A model generated the notes under the pieces. That model worked only from the letters and a program-made list of their open reading frames with translations. It ran no database searches and was not told the DNA's origin. A stretch of DNA of 63,946 bases, counting the filler, from Stramenopiles sp. TOSAG23-2 (lineage: Eukaryota): NCBI GenBank assembly GCA_900128395.1. It is 3 parts of 3 records of this genome, joined end to end, with 100 filler letters (N's around TTAATTAATTAA, not from the genome) between each part and the next. Parts side by side here need not be neighbours in the genome. Positions count along the whole stretch, not along the records: positions 47,447 to 63,946 come from LT649674.1; 2 more parts are not named here. One strand, written 5' to 3'. This document shows, in pieces, positions 48,604 through 59,234 of this stretch. Positions within the stretch are counted from its first letter, which is position 1; each line of letters starts with the position of its first letter. The position numbers were made by a program, and so were the translations under genes.

Positions 48604-51600
48604 ATGCAAAATAATAAGTTAGGCTTAACTTTTGTAATTGGGCAATTAGTTGAAAATTCCATACAAGCAAAAGCAACTGGTACATCGAATGATGAGGATG
48701 GAAATGCTACTTTATTAGCTGCGGTTGCTTTAACAAACATGTATATTAATAGCAATATAAATAATATAGCATACATTGAAGCGCAGTTTGATATGATGCT
48801 TATAAATGTTATGCAAGAATTAAATTCAGAATCAACTATTGGCTATGATATTTATATAGCATCAATTGGTGCTATATTAGAAACGACAAAGAATGTAAAC
48901 ATGTATAAGCAATTTTATGAGAAAGTATTGTTACCGATATTGAATGAAGATGAACATTATAATGGCTTCACGCAAGTAGTCGATACAACCTTGAAATTAT
49001 GCCGTAATAATACATTTTGTAATATTTTATATCCACAAATTATTGAAGAATGTATACGTTGTTTAACTATTTCGAATGAGAATAATAATGATAGTAACAA
49101 CAACAACAATAATATATCGATTGAAAAAAAAGTAAATGTTTTTGAAGAAATTTCTAATTTAATAGAAATCTTAAATAGCAATGATAAAGGACAATATACT
49201 GTATTAATATCTAAATTAATTCAAACTGCAAAAGATACATTGAATGGTTCAACAAATATAGCAAAATTATCTTTGCGTGTATTAAATAAAATCCAAATCT
49301 TAAATATGAATAATAGCAGCAGCAGTGATAATAATACTAACAACTCGGATCAAGCAACAAGTGCATATGCACAGGATATCTGGGTTATTATCATGGAGTT
49401 TTACACTTCCACAAATGTTGAACGTAAAAATTTTGCTTATATCATATGGAGTGTCTTGTTTCAACTTTTACCAGATGCATGGAAAGAGGAAAAGGCGTGG
49501 GAAATGATAACATTTGGTTTAAATAGTACTGATGCACTTTTATCGAAACGGGCATATAGTTTATTACGTCGTCTTGTTGATATTGTTGCAACGAATACTA
49601 AATTAAATGAATGGTTGATGGCATCATCCGGAACAACACCAAGCAGCAATGGTAATAATTCAACCCATTCCAACAATAATGATGAAAGTAAAAAAAAGAA
49701 AAAACGGAAACGTAAAAAGAAAGGTTCTATTGATTTTGGGTCAACTCCGCTGGAAACATGGAAAATACGATTTAGTATTTTCGGTTCCATTTTTGAATGT
49801 TTAGATGGAATTCAAGGACATTTAGTGGAAGCAGTATGGCCACAATTTGCACAGTTATGTGCTATTGCGAAATATGAGGATAGCAATCAAAGCTTACCAT
49901 ATAATTTCATGTTATGTGATCATAGATTTATATCTATTTTGTTGAAAAAGTCATGGAGAAACACAAATCCTTCAATTAAGCATTGGACCGTCAGTGCATT
50001 TTTGAAATTTCCACCGATAAAAGGAAAACACTGGGTAGTTGATGAAGATACTATTACAATAGACATGTTGGAAGCGATCAATTCACCAAATTATTTCAGA
50101 CGACATATCAAAGGTATTGAAGAAGATTTATTGAATTTTCTGTTAAAATATGTAAACATGCTGGAATCAGATGAAAAACGAAGAATATTTTTGCAAAGAT
50201 ATATTAAATATTCAAGTAAAATTACCAGAAATGACTTTCCATTAGCTGCACAAATGAAGTTATTTACGCATTTAATGGATGCCAACGTAATAGTACAAGG
50301 CGTTGTTGGTGAAAACGAAGTGAAATATATGCGTGATAATTTTACTAAAAAACATCTTGGCAGTGCATTATCTAGAAAAATCATAACAGAATCATCAATT
50401 AATGCAATTATATATTTTTCAACACCTGGTAGTGTGCCTATATCAGCACTGGGTAATTTTTTTGTAAATGTTCAAAGCACAATATTGCAACCAAAATCGA
50501 CATTGCATAAAAAATTACAAAATTGGATTAAAGAAGATTGGAATTTATCAAAATGTAATAAGAAAAACGATGTAAATGATACTATCACTACGTCGATGAA
50601 GCAAATGAACAATTACATGATAAATGATGATAGTGATGGTAAACAAATATTCGATAATTTATACTCTAATAAATTAAACAAATATGTTTATAACATTACT
50701 AGTTATAAAAATGTGAATGATAATAAGGCTGATAATAATGTAGAAAACGAAATGGACCCACAAACGCTTGCATATATGTTGTCATTAGTGCCTGATATTG
50801 AACATAGAATTAAAATGATTGCACCTGTATTTAAAATTCTCAATAACTCGTATACTCATTCATACATACCAAAAAAAACATTGTTGGGTTTGTTTGAATT
50901 GTTTGTTGGTATTTGTAGTACTACATCGCCATTATCAGATGATAATGATGATAATAGTTGGAATTATAAATTTATATCAGATATGCTAGGTAACAATGGA
51001 CGTGGTGAGCTTTTATCGTATATTGAACATGGATTCGATGTATATTTAAATATTTTATTTGCAAGTACCGACCAGAGGAATTACTCCGTTCATATTGATG
51101 ATAATAATGATAATAGTGAGGAAGCTAATAATAATGATAACAACAATAGAGTGTTAATTCCAATGGTATTAGGGCAATTATTAAAAATTTGTCCATCTGA
51201 TGAAAGGATTTCTACTCTTGCATTAAAATTTATTGAAAAGATTTTATCAAAGATCGAAAATCTAATTGGGGACTCTCTCATGTTTGCAATTAAAATTTTA
51301 GATGAAGTGTTACTAAATTTACTTCATCCAACATCTAATTCTAAAAATGATACGCAAGATTTTAATTACAATAGCAATGAATATATAAATAAGAAGTTCG
51401 ATAAGATAGTAAGTGTCATTGGCGAGTTGAGTTACAAGAGTGATCCGACAAGTAATAAAACAATGGCCTCAAAACAATTAGAAGTAAATGTTACTTCAGA
51501 ATTTCATGCATGTAAATGGAATATGCTATCAACAATATTTGCTTACATTGATAATTATAATACTATCAATACGAAAAACACTTCGTCTTTAGTAATTGAA

Positions 51601-53865
51601 AAAGAGACCGTATTGATCATTGTTGAAATAGCAAAAGATGCGTTTGAGGGTGCTACCACTACGTATTTTTTGCCATTGTTGGAAACGGTAGTATCGATTT
51701 TTCCACAATGGCATGATATTGTTGTATCCAATGGTGGTGGCGATGGAACAAGTGTAAATGTCGAAGATTACTTAAAAAATGTAAATCCATTATTTAAAAG
51801 TGCATGGGTAGCATTTAGTGAAGTTGATCGCAATCGGCTCTCATCGGAACTTGTTGATACCCTTTGCATGTTATTATTTCATGAAAAATTTATGCATGCT
51901 GTTGAATTGCACGAAGATTCCAGCAATTGCATTGCAAAAGATTACATTCACAAATTAACATCTCTTATTAAAGGTGGAAATGCCAACAAACGCATCATGC
52001 ATGGTTTTGCAAAGCAAATATTCAAAATATTTTCCAATGAGATCAGTGGTGAAAAAGTTGCAAAATTATATATTTCAGAAATGGCAGAGTTAATATTGTA
52101 TGAAGAACCGCTTGAAGAACATTTACACCAAGAAGAAAAAGATGTTTTAATTAACGATGTGCATCGTGGTAGATTAAAATATACTTTATTTCATGCTCAT
52201 GTTATGTCATTTTTAGATTACATGGTAGATCAATGCGTTAAGCAGCGTGATATCCATGGAAACAATGACAAATTTAATGAAAGTTTTATATACAAATTGA
52301 CCATACATTTATTAGATATGAATTTCTTAGAAGATTGGAGATTTGAAAATTATATGCCGAATAGCCCGGCACATGCAATGAAGTTGCGGGTATGGCAATG
52401 TCTATGTGTTTTAGCAAGAAGTACCGTACCAGGAAATGTAACTGTAGAATACGTAGAACGTGTTAGTAAAGTATTAGATGAAAATCATTTACCATCAATT
52501 CGATATTATGCAGAGATCTTTTTAGCGCGTTGTTTAGTATGTGATCCATTGTTAAATGTTTCCAAGTATCTTTTGTCCAGGTACAATACGTTTAATATTC
52601 GTACTCCAACATTGGTTTCTTTGCTATTTTCAACAACGTATATATTACCACATTTGATCAAACGTTCAGTTGGTGAGGAAGAAGAAGATAATAGATACAA
52701 TAAGGTTCTATATGAAATAATGTTATCATTGTATCCATGGATGGGTGGTTCAAACGGACAGGCTCGCGTCATTGCACAACATATAGTGGCTACTATAGTT
52801 CATTTCAATGCTGAGAATACGAGCAAATCGGCCGTATACGAAGTGACCCAAGAGAAACATGAATTTTTAAATCATTTTTACAAATATTTAGTAACAAATA
52901 CGGATGTTGCACGTATGATAAAGCGCCAAGTGAAAAACTTAACAAAAGTTGATATCTATAAAATCTGTTCTTTAAATGGGATGATGGAAGGTCAATTAAA
53001 TATGTGGGGCAATATATTTCCTCCTGATATTTTACAAATTTTAAAAGATACAATAACTGTTTGTAATGAAGAAGCTATTGAGGAAGATCATTACATGTAT
53101 ACATGGGTTGCTGCAACAGCACGTGTTTCTCAAAAGGGAAAAAATAGAAAAGAAAGAGCGGATGAAGCGGTTAGATTAGTGAAAGAAACTATGTACAACA
53201 ATAACAATAACAACAACGATGAAAATGATGAAGAGGAGAATAGAATTCGGCCATTTGAATTTCAACGTAAAATATTACCTTGGGGTGATCTTGATACTGC
53301 AGTTGAAGACATGTTACTATCAAACAATCAGAATTCACAGCAAATATCATCAAGAAAAACACGGAAAGAATTTGCACTTAGTCGTAGAAAACAAGAAATC
53401 ATAGTCATAGCTAGCTTAGTAGATAAAGTGCCTAATTTAGCAGGATTGACACGAACGTGTGAAATTTTTGGTGCGAAAAAACTTGTAATTCCAAGTAAAA
53501 AATTTCAAGATGATGATTTGTTTTCAACTATAAGTGTGACAGCTGAGAAATGGTTGAATATTGAATATGTACCAGAATTAGATTTAAAAGATTATTTACT
53601 ATCATGTAAAAAAGATGGATACACGTTGGTTGGTTTAGAACAGACGTCAAATTCTAAATCAATTGAAAATTATAATTTTCAACGTAAAACAGCAATTTTA
53701 TTAGGGAAGGAACAAGAAGGAATTCCTCCGGAATTTATCGATATGCTTGAGGATTGTGTTGAAATACCACAATTTGGTATTGTGAGAAGCTTAAATGTAC
53801 ATGTTAGTGGAAGTATCTTATTATGGGAATATACACGTCAAGGCTTGGTAAATAAAAATGATTAA
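48604..53865 (+). CDS. TARBP1: tRNA (guanosine-18-2'-O)-methyltransferase TARBP1/Trm3
   Basis: Long helical N-terminus; FQRKILPW; SpoU domain ASLVDKVPNLAGLTRTCEIFG, GLEQT, LLGKEQEGIP, IPQFGIVRSLNVHVS; exact start uncertain. Confidence 0.92.
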   Translation: MQNNKLGLTFVIGQLVENSIQAKATGTSNDEDGNATLLAAVALTNMYINSNINNIAYIEAQFDMMLINVMQELNSESTIGYDIYIASIGAILETTKNVNMYKQFYEKVLLPILNEDEHYNGFTQVVDTTLKLCRNNTFCNILYPQIIEECIRCLTISNENNNDSNNNNNNISIEKKVNVFEEISNLIEILNSNDKGQYTVLISKLIQTAKDTLNGSTNIAKLSLRVLNKIQILNMNNSSSSDNNTNNSDQATSAYAQDIWVIIMEFYTSTNVERKNFAYIIWSVLFQLLPDAWKEEKAWEMITFGLNSTDALLSKRAYSLLRRLVDIVATNTKLNEWLMASSGTTPSSNGNNSTHSNNNDESKKKKKRKRKKKGSIDFGSTPLETWKIRFSIFGSIFECLDGIQGHLVEAVWPQFAQLCAIAKYEDSNQSLPYNFMLCDHRFISILLKKSWRNTNPSIKHWTVSAFLKFPPIKGKHWVVDEDTITIDMLEAINSPNYFRRHIKGIEEDLLNFLLKYVNMLESDEKRRIFLQRYIKYSSKITRNDFPLAAQMKLFTHLMDANVIVQGVVGENEVKYMRDNFTKKHLGSALSRKIITESSINAIIYFSTPGSVPISALGNFFVNVQSTILQPKSTLHKKLQNWIKEDWNLSKCNKKNDVNDTITTSMKQMNNYMINDDSDGKQIFDNLYSNKLNKYVYNITSYKNVNDNKADNNVENEMDPQTLAYMLSLVPDIEHRIKMIAPVFKILNNSYTHSYIPKKTLLGLFELFVGICSTTSPLSDDNDDNSWNYKFISDMLGNNGRGELLSYIEHGFDVYLNILFASTDQRNYSVHIDDNNDNSEEANNNDNNNRVLIPMVLGQLLKICPSDERISTLALKFIEKILSKIENLIGDSLMFAIKILDEVLLNLLHPTSNSKNDTQDFNYNSNEYINKKFDKIVSVIGELSYKSDPTSNKTMASKQLEVNVTSEFHACKWNMLSTIFAYIDNYNTINTKNTSSLVIEKETVLIIVEIAKDAFEGATTTYFLPLLETVVSIFPQWHDIVVSNGGGDGTSVNVEDYLKNVNPLFKSAWVAFSEVDRNRLSSELVDTLCMLLFHEKFMHAVELHEDSSNCIAKDYIHKLTSLIKGGNANKRIMHGFAKQIFKIFSNEISGEKVAKLYISEMAELILYEEPLEEHLHQEEKDVLINDVHRGRLKYTLFHAHVMSFLDYMVDQCVKQRDIHGNNDKFNESFIYKLTIHLLDMNFLEDWRFENYMPNSPAHAMKLRVWQCLCVLARSTVPGNVTVEYVERVSKVLDENHLPSIRYYAEIFLARCLVCDPLLNVSKYLLSRYNTFNIRTPTLVSLLFSTTYILPHLIKRSVGEEEEDNRYNKVLYEIMLSLYPWMGGSNGQARVIAQHIVATIVHFNAENTSKSAVYEVTQEKHEFLNHFYKYLVTNTDVARMIKRQVKNLTKVDIYKICSLNGMMEGQLNMWGNIFPPDILQILKDTITVCNEEAIEEDHYMYTWVAATARVSQKGKNRKERADEAVRLVKETMYNNNNNNNDENDEEENRIRPFEFQRKILPWGDLDTAVEDMLLSNNQNSQQISSRKTRKEFALSRRKQEIIVIASLVDKVPNLAGLTRTCEIFGAKKLVIPSKKFQDDDLFSTISVTAEKWLNIEYVPELDLKDYLLSCKKDGYTLVGLEQTSNSKSIENYNFQRKTAILLGKEQEGIPPEFIDMLEDCVEIPQFGIVRSLNVHVSGSILLWEYTRQGLVNKND

Positions 53866-54217
53866 AAAATGTGTTTTTTTTATTAATTTACAAAATTCGT
53901 ATATACGAAAGTACGTATAATTATGAGATGTGTGGATCTTGAGAGTGTATTTTTACAAAGTATGTTTTATAAGAAGGGTGAAAACATATTATATTTATTT
54001 GTATACGAAGTACGTTCGTACAATAAACATACACACACACACGCACACGCACACACAAAATTTCATTTTATTTACCGAGTAAAATATTCTAGAATACTTG
54101 GGTATATAAAATATATATTCGTACGAAGTATGATATATATCTCTCTCTCTCTCCTTCCTCTCCTTTTCAATTGAAGAAATTTTGTTTATTTCTTTTAAAA
54201 TATGATACTCCAACTTT

Positions 54218-54964
54218 TTAATTTTTCTTCTTCTTTTTGTCTCGTTTTTTTGTAACGCTTTGTATTATTAAAAACATCCAATATATATTCAATCCATTCA
54301 ATATTGTATTTGCAACCAACATGTAATATGCAATACCAACAGGATGGTTTGGATCTAAATCATTTTTTTCATGATAAAATAATAAATCTAAAATGTCCTG
54401 CCAAAAAATATATGATCTTGGTATTCCTACTACTATTCTAGCAGTAAAAAATGATATAGCAAACATATAAGTACATATTGGAAATATTATACTATCGGTT
54501 CGTTTTAATTGCAATAATATATTTCTCATATTTAAAAAGGGGGTTGAAAATTCAAAGATCAGGAAAAAAGCAGCCGTTTGATGAATAAACGGTTGTGGGT
54601 AGTTGCTTAATCCATATACTAAAAAGCACGCGATACCATGAATCAAAGTTGCTCTGTCGAAATATATCATAGAAACAATTATATCGTATAAGAAATATCC
54701 ACATGCAAAATCTAATAATAATACGATATCATCAGATTTACCATATATGCTGCTCATAACCTCACCATTTTGTGGATAATAATTGCAATATACTCCAACT
54801 GGTCCAGCTATACAAGAAAATACTATTCCTAAGACATTGGCTTCCCATTTTTTCTTTTCTGTATTGGATAAATGCGTTGTTATATTTAATATTTTATCAG
54901 CAACATAACCAATAACTAAAAATATTACTGAAAATGCAATACCAAAATATAAAATTCGTTCCAT
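54218..54964 (-). CDS. TLC-domain membrane protein (TMEM56/TLCD4-like)
   Basis: GYFLYD, FEFSTPFLNMR, FFTARI, LNIYWM; basic C-terminal tail. Confidence 0.85.
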   Translation of the reverse strand: MERILYFGIAFSVIFLVIGYVADKILNITTHLSNTEKKKWEANVLGIVFSCIAGPVGVYCNYYPQNGEVMSSIYGKSDDIVLLLDFACGYFLYDIIVSMIYFDRATLIHGIACFLVYGLSNYPQPFIHQTAAFFLIFEFSTPFLNMRNILLQLKRTDSIIFPICTYMFAISFFTARIVVGIPRSYIFWQDILDLLFYHEKNDLDPNHPVGIAYYMLVANTILNGLNIYWMFLIIQSVTKKRDKKKKKN

Positions 54965-55209
54965 TATATAAAATATATAAGATCAATATTTTTATATTTA
55001 TTATATTTAACTTTTTTTCTTTCTTTTTCTCTCTCTCTTCAATTTTTCTAGGTTGGCCAATATATTATCACATATACAAATATATGCTGACTCTTCTTTT
55101 TTGCCCCCCCACCTTGGTATTGTAGTTCTTGTTCTTCTTTTTTTTTTTTAATTTTTGAAAAATATAATTTTTTGCATAATACTATTCCTATGCTAAATCC
55201 CAAAAATTA

Positions 55210-55740
55210 TTACAAATCAACTTTTGCCCCAAAACTGGATGCATCATCGTCCATTAATAAAATATGTTGTTTAATGAAATCAGTTAGAATTTGCTTAGTT
55301 GGTTTTACACCTTTTTCACCTTTAAATTCTTCATATTCACCATCATCCTTACGACTTGCTTTGAATAAACGAAAACGTGGATATTTATCAGATTTAGCAG
55401 ATGGATGTTTGGCGTCATTACTAGCTGCATCAAATTTAGCTAAAATTAAATTTCTAGTAGCTGGAAATAATTTTGCTGCTCTTCATTTGTCATCGAACCT
55501 TGGAATTTATTGATTTCCCCGGTACTTATTAAAATATTCATACCAGGTATAGTATCAATAGAAGCTTCTTTTGCAACGTCTTCATTGAGCGTATATGCAT
55601 ATGGTATCTCTTCGTAGGTAGCTGCCTTAACAAATGCTTTGAATTCATCTGTATCTTTTGATGTAAAGGCACCAATGAACACTGAATCCTTAAAGCTCAA
55701 ATATTTAGCAAATTCATCCTTTGTTTCAACATGTTTTGGT
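55210..55740 (-). pseudogene. PDI/thioredoxin-fold fragment with internal deletion or frameshift
   Basis: b-domain-like 'DSVFIGAF...EFKAFVKAA' shifts frame to a'-like 'NLILAKFDAASND...YPRFRLFKA' ending AKVDL*; no CGHC visible. Confidence 0.55.
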
Positions 55741-56495
55741 CTTCAAATTTTGTTTTTTTGTTATCGTTATTAGGAAATTTGTTTTTATAAATATACGTAT
55801 GTATATAAATATATCGTTTTTTGTTCTATATTAATCTTCTCTTGTTCTTTTGTTTATGGTACTAAAACTGTTTTTCATATGTTTGTTTGTCTAATTACAA
55901 CTGTAATATTTAAAAGAAAAATGTGTACGTTTGTTGTGTTTTTGAAAATGTGAAAATGTCAAAAAAAATCTTTTCACTCTCTGTGCTGATTGCTGATTGG
56001 TCGAATTTGCAAAATTGTTCCTATCAAATATAATACAGTTATAAATATACTTAGAGTGTGAATCGTTTTTGGCCTTCGGTTATTATAACACACGCGAGGT
56101 ATAATAATAAGATATCAAACAAATCATTTGCACATTTGAAATCATACGCATACCAAGTAGAGCTACGTGCCTATTAATACCACCAGCCTGGCCAAATCCA
56201 GGCAATCCACAATCAACCAGGGAGAATCAACCGCACAAACAACCTAATAAAAAAAAAAAAGAAGATACACTTTTTATAGTTATAGATACACTTTTTATAG
56301 TTAGTGGAGAGAGTAAAAGTAAATCATACACATAATAATAATAAGATACACTTTTTATTATAATAATTATACTTTAATTCCATTAATTCGAATTTAAACT
56401 TTGTATTAACATTATAAACAAAAACGGAAGACACGACGAGGTACATTCATATCAAACAAATCATAGCATTCAACCTTACATATTGCATATATACC

Positions 56496-57524
56496 ATGGC
56501 ATCGATAACTACTGCAAAAATCACGGAGCGAAGGACATTTTATCCTGAGTTTAAACCATATTTCACTGGATTTTTAAATGTTGGAAGACCTGAATTAAAT
56601 CATCAAATTTATTATGAAAAATCTGGTAATCCAGACGGAATCCCCGTGCTTGTATCGCATGGTGGACCAGGTGGTGGTGTGCAAGATTATTACAGGCAAT
56701 ATTTTGACAAGAATATTTGGCATATAATTATGTTTGATCAAAGAGGAGCTGGAAAAAGTACTCCATGGGCTTCGTTGGAAGATAATACAACATGGCATAC
56801 AGTTTCTGATATGGAAGAAATACGAAAAAAATTAGGTATTGAAAAATGGGCATTATTTGGTGGTTCCTGGGGTGCATGTATTTCACTTGCATATGCACAA
56901 ACGCACCCAACACGATGCTTAGGGTTAATACTTAGAGGTATATTTACATTACGTCGTACAGAATTGGAATGGTTTTATCAAAAAGGATCTGGTGGAAATG
57001 AAAATATTTTTCCAGATCAAATGGAATTACTAGCTGCAGAAATACCATTAGCAGAACAAGGCGACATGATGGGTGCATATTATCGACGATTGACAGGAAA
57101 AGATGAAAAAGAGAAATTAAAATGTGCACATGCTTGGTCTAAATATGAAATGGCAACTTCTAAACTTTTTGTATCTCAAGATTATATCAAACGAGCAGAA
57201 GATAGTAAATTTGCTATTGCATTTGCAAGGATTGAAACCCATTACTTTGTTCATGGTGGATGGTTTAAATATGATGGACAATTAATTAATGAAGCTGATA
57301 TTTTGGAAAAGAATAATATTCCTGGGATTGTAGTGCAAGGAAGGTACGATTGTGTATGTCCAATGAAATCTGCATACGAATTACAAAAAAAATGGCAAAA
57401 AAGTCAACTTGTTGTTGTACCAGATGCTGGACATTCATGCAAAGAACCTGGAATTATTTCAGAATTATGTAATGCAACAGATAAAATGGCAATGATAATA
57501 TTGGAAGATTTAAAAATGAGTTAA
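56496..57524 (+). CDS. pip: Proline iminopeptidase (peptidase S33)
   Basis: HGGPGGG, FDQRGAGKS, FGGSWG, ARIETHYF, QGRYD, DAGHS. Confidence 0.95.
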   Translation: MASITTAKITERRTFYPEFKPYFTGFLNVGRPELNHQIYYEKSGNPDGIPVLVSHGGPGGGVQDYYRQYFDKNIWHIIMFDQRGAGKSTPWASLEDNTTWHTVSDMEEIRKKLGIEKWALFGGSWGACISLAYAQTHPTRCLGLILRGIFTLRRTELEWFYQKGSGGNENIFPDQMELLAAEIPLAEQGDMMGAYYRRLTGKDEKEKLKCAHAWSKYEMATSKLFVSQDYIKRAEDSKFAIAFARIETHYFVHGGWFKYDGQLINEADILEKNNIPGIVVQGRYDCVCPMKSAYELQKKWQKSQLVVVPDAGHSCKEPGIISELCNATDKMAMIILEDLKMS

Positions 57525-57789
57525 AAAAGAGAAGAGAGAGAGATAAAAATATCGTGTATGAAGAACTTCGTATTATCATATATCATAATATCAATGAAGA
57601 ATGATATTCGTACCAGCATTACATGATGTGATATTTTTTTCTACAAAATAAATAATACCGGGGACACAGCGAAAATGCACGCACACACCACACCTTTTTG
57701 GTATCACAAAACCCTTTTGTAATGTAAAGAATAAAATGGTTTTTTATAAAATTAAAGTAATTTTAAGTGTGATATTTTTTATAAAGTTT

Positions 57790-58761
57790 TTACAACACCA
57801 GACATGTTTTCATTTTACCATCCCCACCACCACATAATGATTCAGTAGCATTTCGATCACCATATATTAAATTGTGATAATCATATACAGTTTCAACATT
57901 GATATTTTCTAAATACAATTTAAACCATGCAGCTGTATACCTTGCAACGATAATACTTTTCGGACAATTTTTCGTAAAACATAATGGTTCTATATGAGTA
58001 GAACCTTTTTTATTAACAAAACCACGATGTTTTTCATTATCACCATTGTCATAAATTGTTTTGACCATTTTTGGTGAAGCTAAGAAATCATATGTACCTG
58101 TAAAACCAATAAATGAAATTTGTGGCGTAGGCAATTCATGTGAATATGGATGATGAAGAACAACCGTTTTTATATTATAATTTGTTGCATTTAAAAAAGA
58201 TGAACCAAATAATGCAGCTTGGCCTCCCATAGAATGCCCTGCAATCCCATAACCTAAAGTATGGTTGATTTTTTTATACACAGTTGTTCCATTTATTATG
58301 TTGCTACTGTTTTTTTTTGCTTCGTCATCCTTACCATACTTACTGGTCCAATCAATAACTTTAAATTGTTCTAAATAAAAGTTACCAAAACAAGGAGGAT
58401 CTAAATGTAATGATTTACAATTATCTGCACAGCCAGCATTACAGCTTCGCATAAAAGCTACAATAAATCCATATGTCGCCAATTTCGTCAGTAATGGAGT
58501 ATAAGCTTCATAATCGTAGTTTCCTCCACCAAGATATCCATGATTGTATATAATCAATGGAAATTTTCGATTATTCTTCGTATCTAAGCTTATTAATGGA
58601 TAATAAAAATCAACGTTTTTATTTGTTTTATCCATTGTATCAATTACAAAAATACTATGTTTTGTTTCATATGGACCAGTATCTGGAAGATTCATAGTCA
58701 TTGCACGCTGGGATGGAAAGAATATGAAACAGATACATATTGATAATAAACGATTTTGCAT
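57790..58761 (-). CDS. Secreted chlorophyllase/cutinase-like alpha/beta hydrolase
   Basis: Signal peptide; GPYET, FPLIIYNHG, LATYGFIV, GHSMGG, GTYD, STHIEP, TAAWFKLYL. Confidence 0.85.
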   Translation of the reverse strand: MQNRLLSICICFIFFPSQRAMTMNLPDTGPYETKHSIFVIDTMDKTNKNVDFYYPLISLDTKNNRKFPLIIYNHGYLGGGNYDYEAYTPLLTKLATYGFIVAFMRSCNAGCADNCKSLHLDPPCFGNFYLEQFKVIDWTSKYGKDDEAKKNSSNIINGTTVYKKINHTLGYGIAGHSMGGQAALFGSSFLNATNYNIKTVVLHHPYSHELPTPQISFIGFTGTYDFLASPKMVKTIYDNGDNEKHRGFVNKKGSTHIEPLCFTKNCPKSIIVARYTAAWFKLYLENINVETVYDYHNLIYGDRNATESLCGGGDGKMKTCLVL

Positions 58762-59234
58762 GATGAATGAATGAATATGAATAACGATGATATATTTCTT
58801 GATTTTCTTTCTTTCTTTCTTTCTGTCTTGTACTCTCTATATATATGAATATATATATCTATTACTTCAAAGCCACAATTATAATAAAGGCTATGCTGCA
58901 AAAAATAAAGGCGACTTGAATTTTTCCCATCAGCGAACAAACCAAGGTACAGGTAGCTAGCTAGCATGGAAATAGCATCTACTAAAAACACAATTTTGTC
59001 CTTCTCCAGAATTTCTTCTTTTTTATTTTTGGAGTGTCGTATAAGCCACAAAAAAAAAGATACAGTATATAATAGAGTGTAGTATATATTATATAGATGG
59101 ATAGAGATGCTATACATAGATATAATAATACATTCTATTATATATGTTATATATGCTCACACACAAATTATAGTTGAATTGTAAAACGAAAAAATAATTA
59201 AATATATATATATTATTAAAAAAAAAAAACAGCA

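Noticed and set aside
55210-55740. PDI lacking CGHC as a novel redox-inactive protein
   Set aside because: The frame break indicates a deletion or misassembly; the protein cannot be reconstructed
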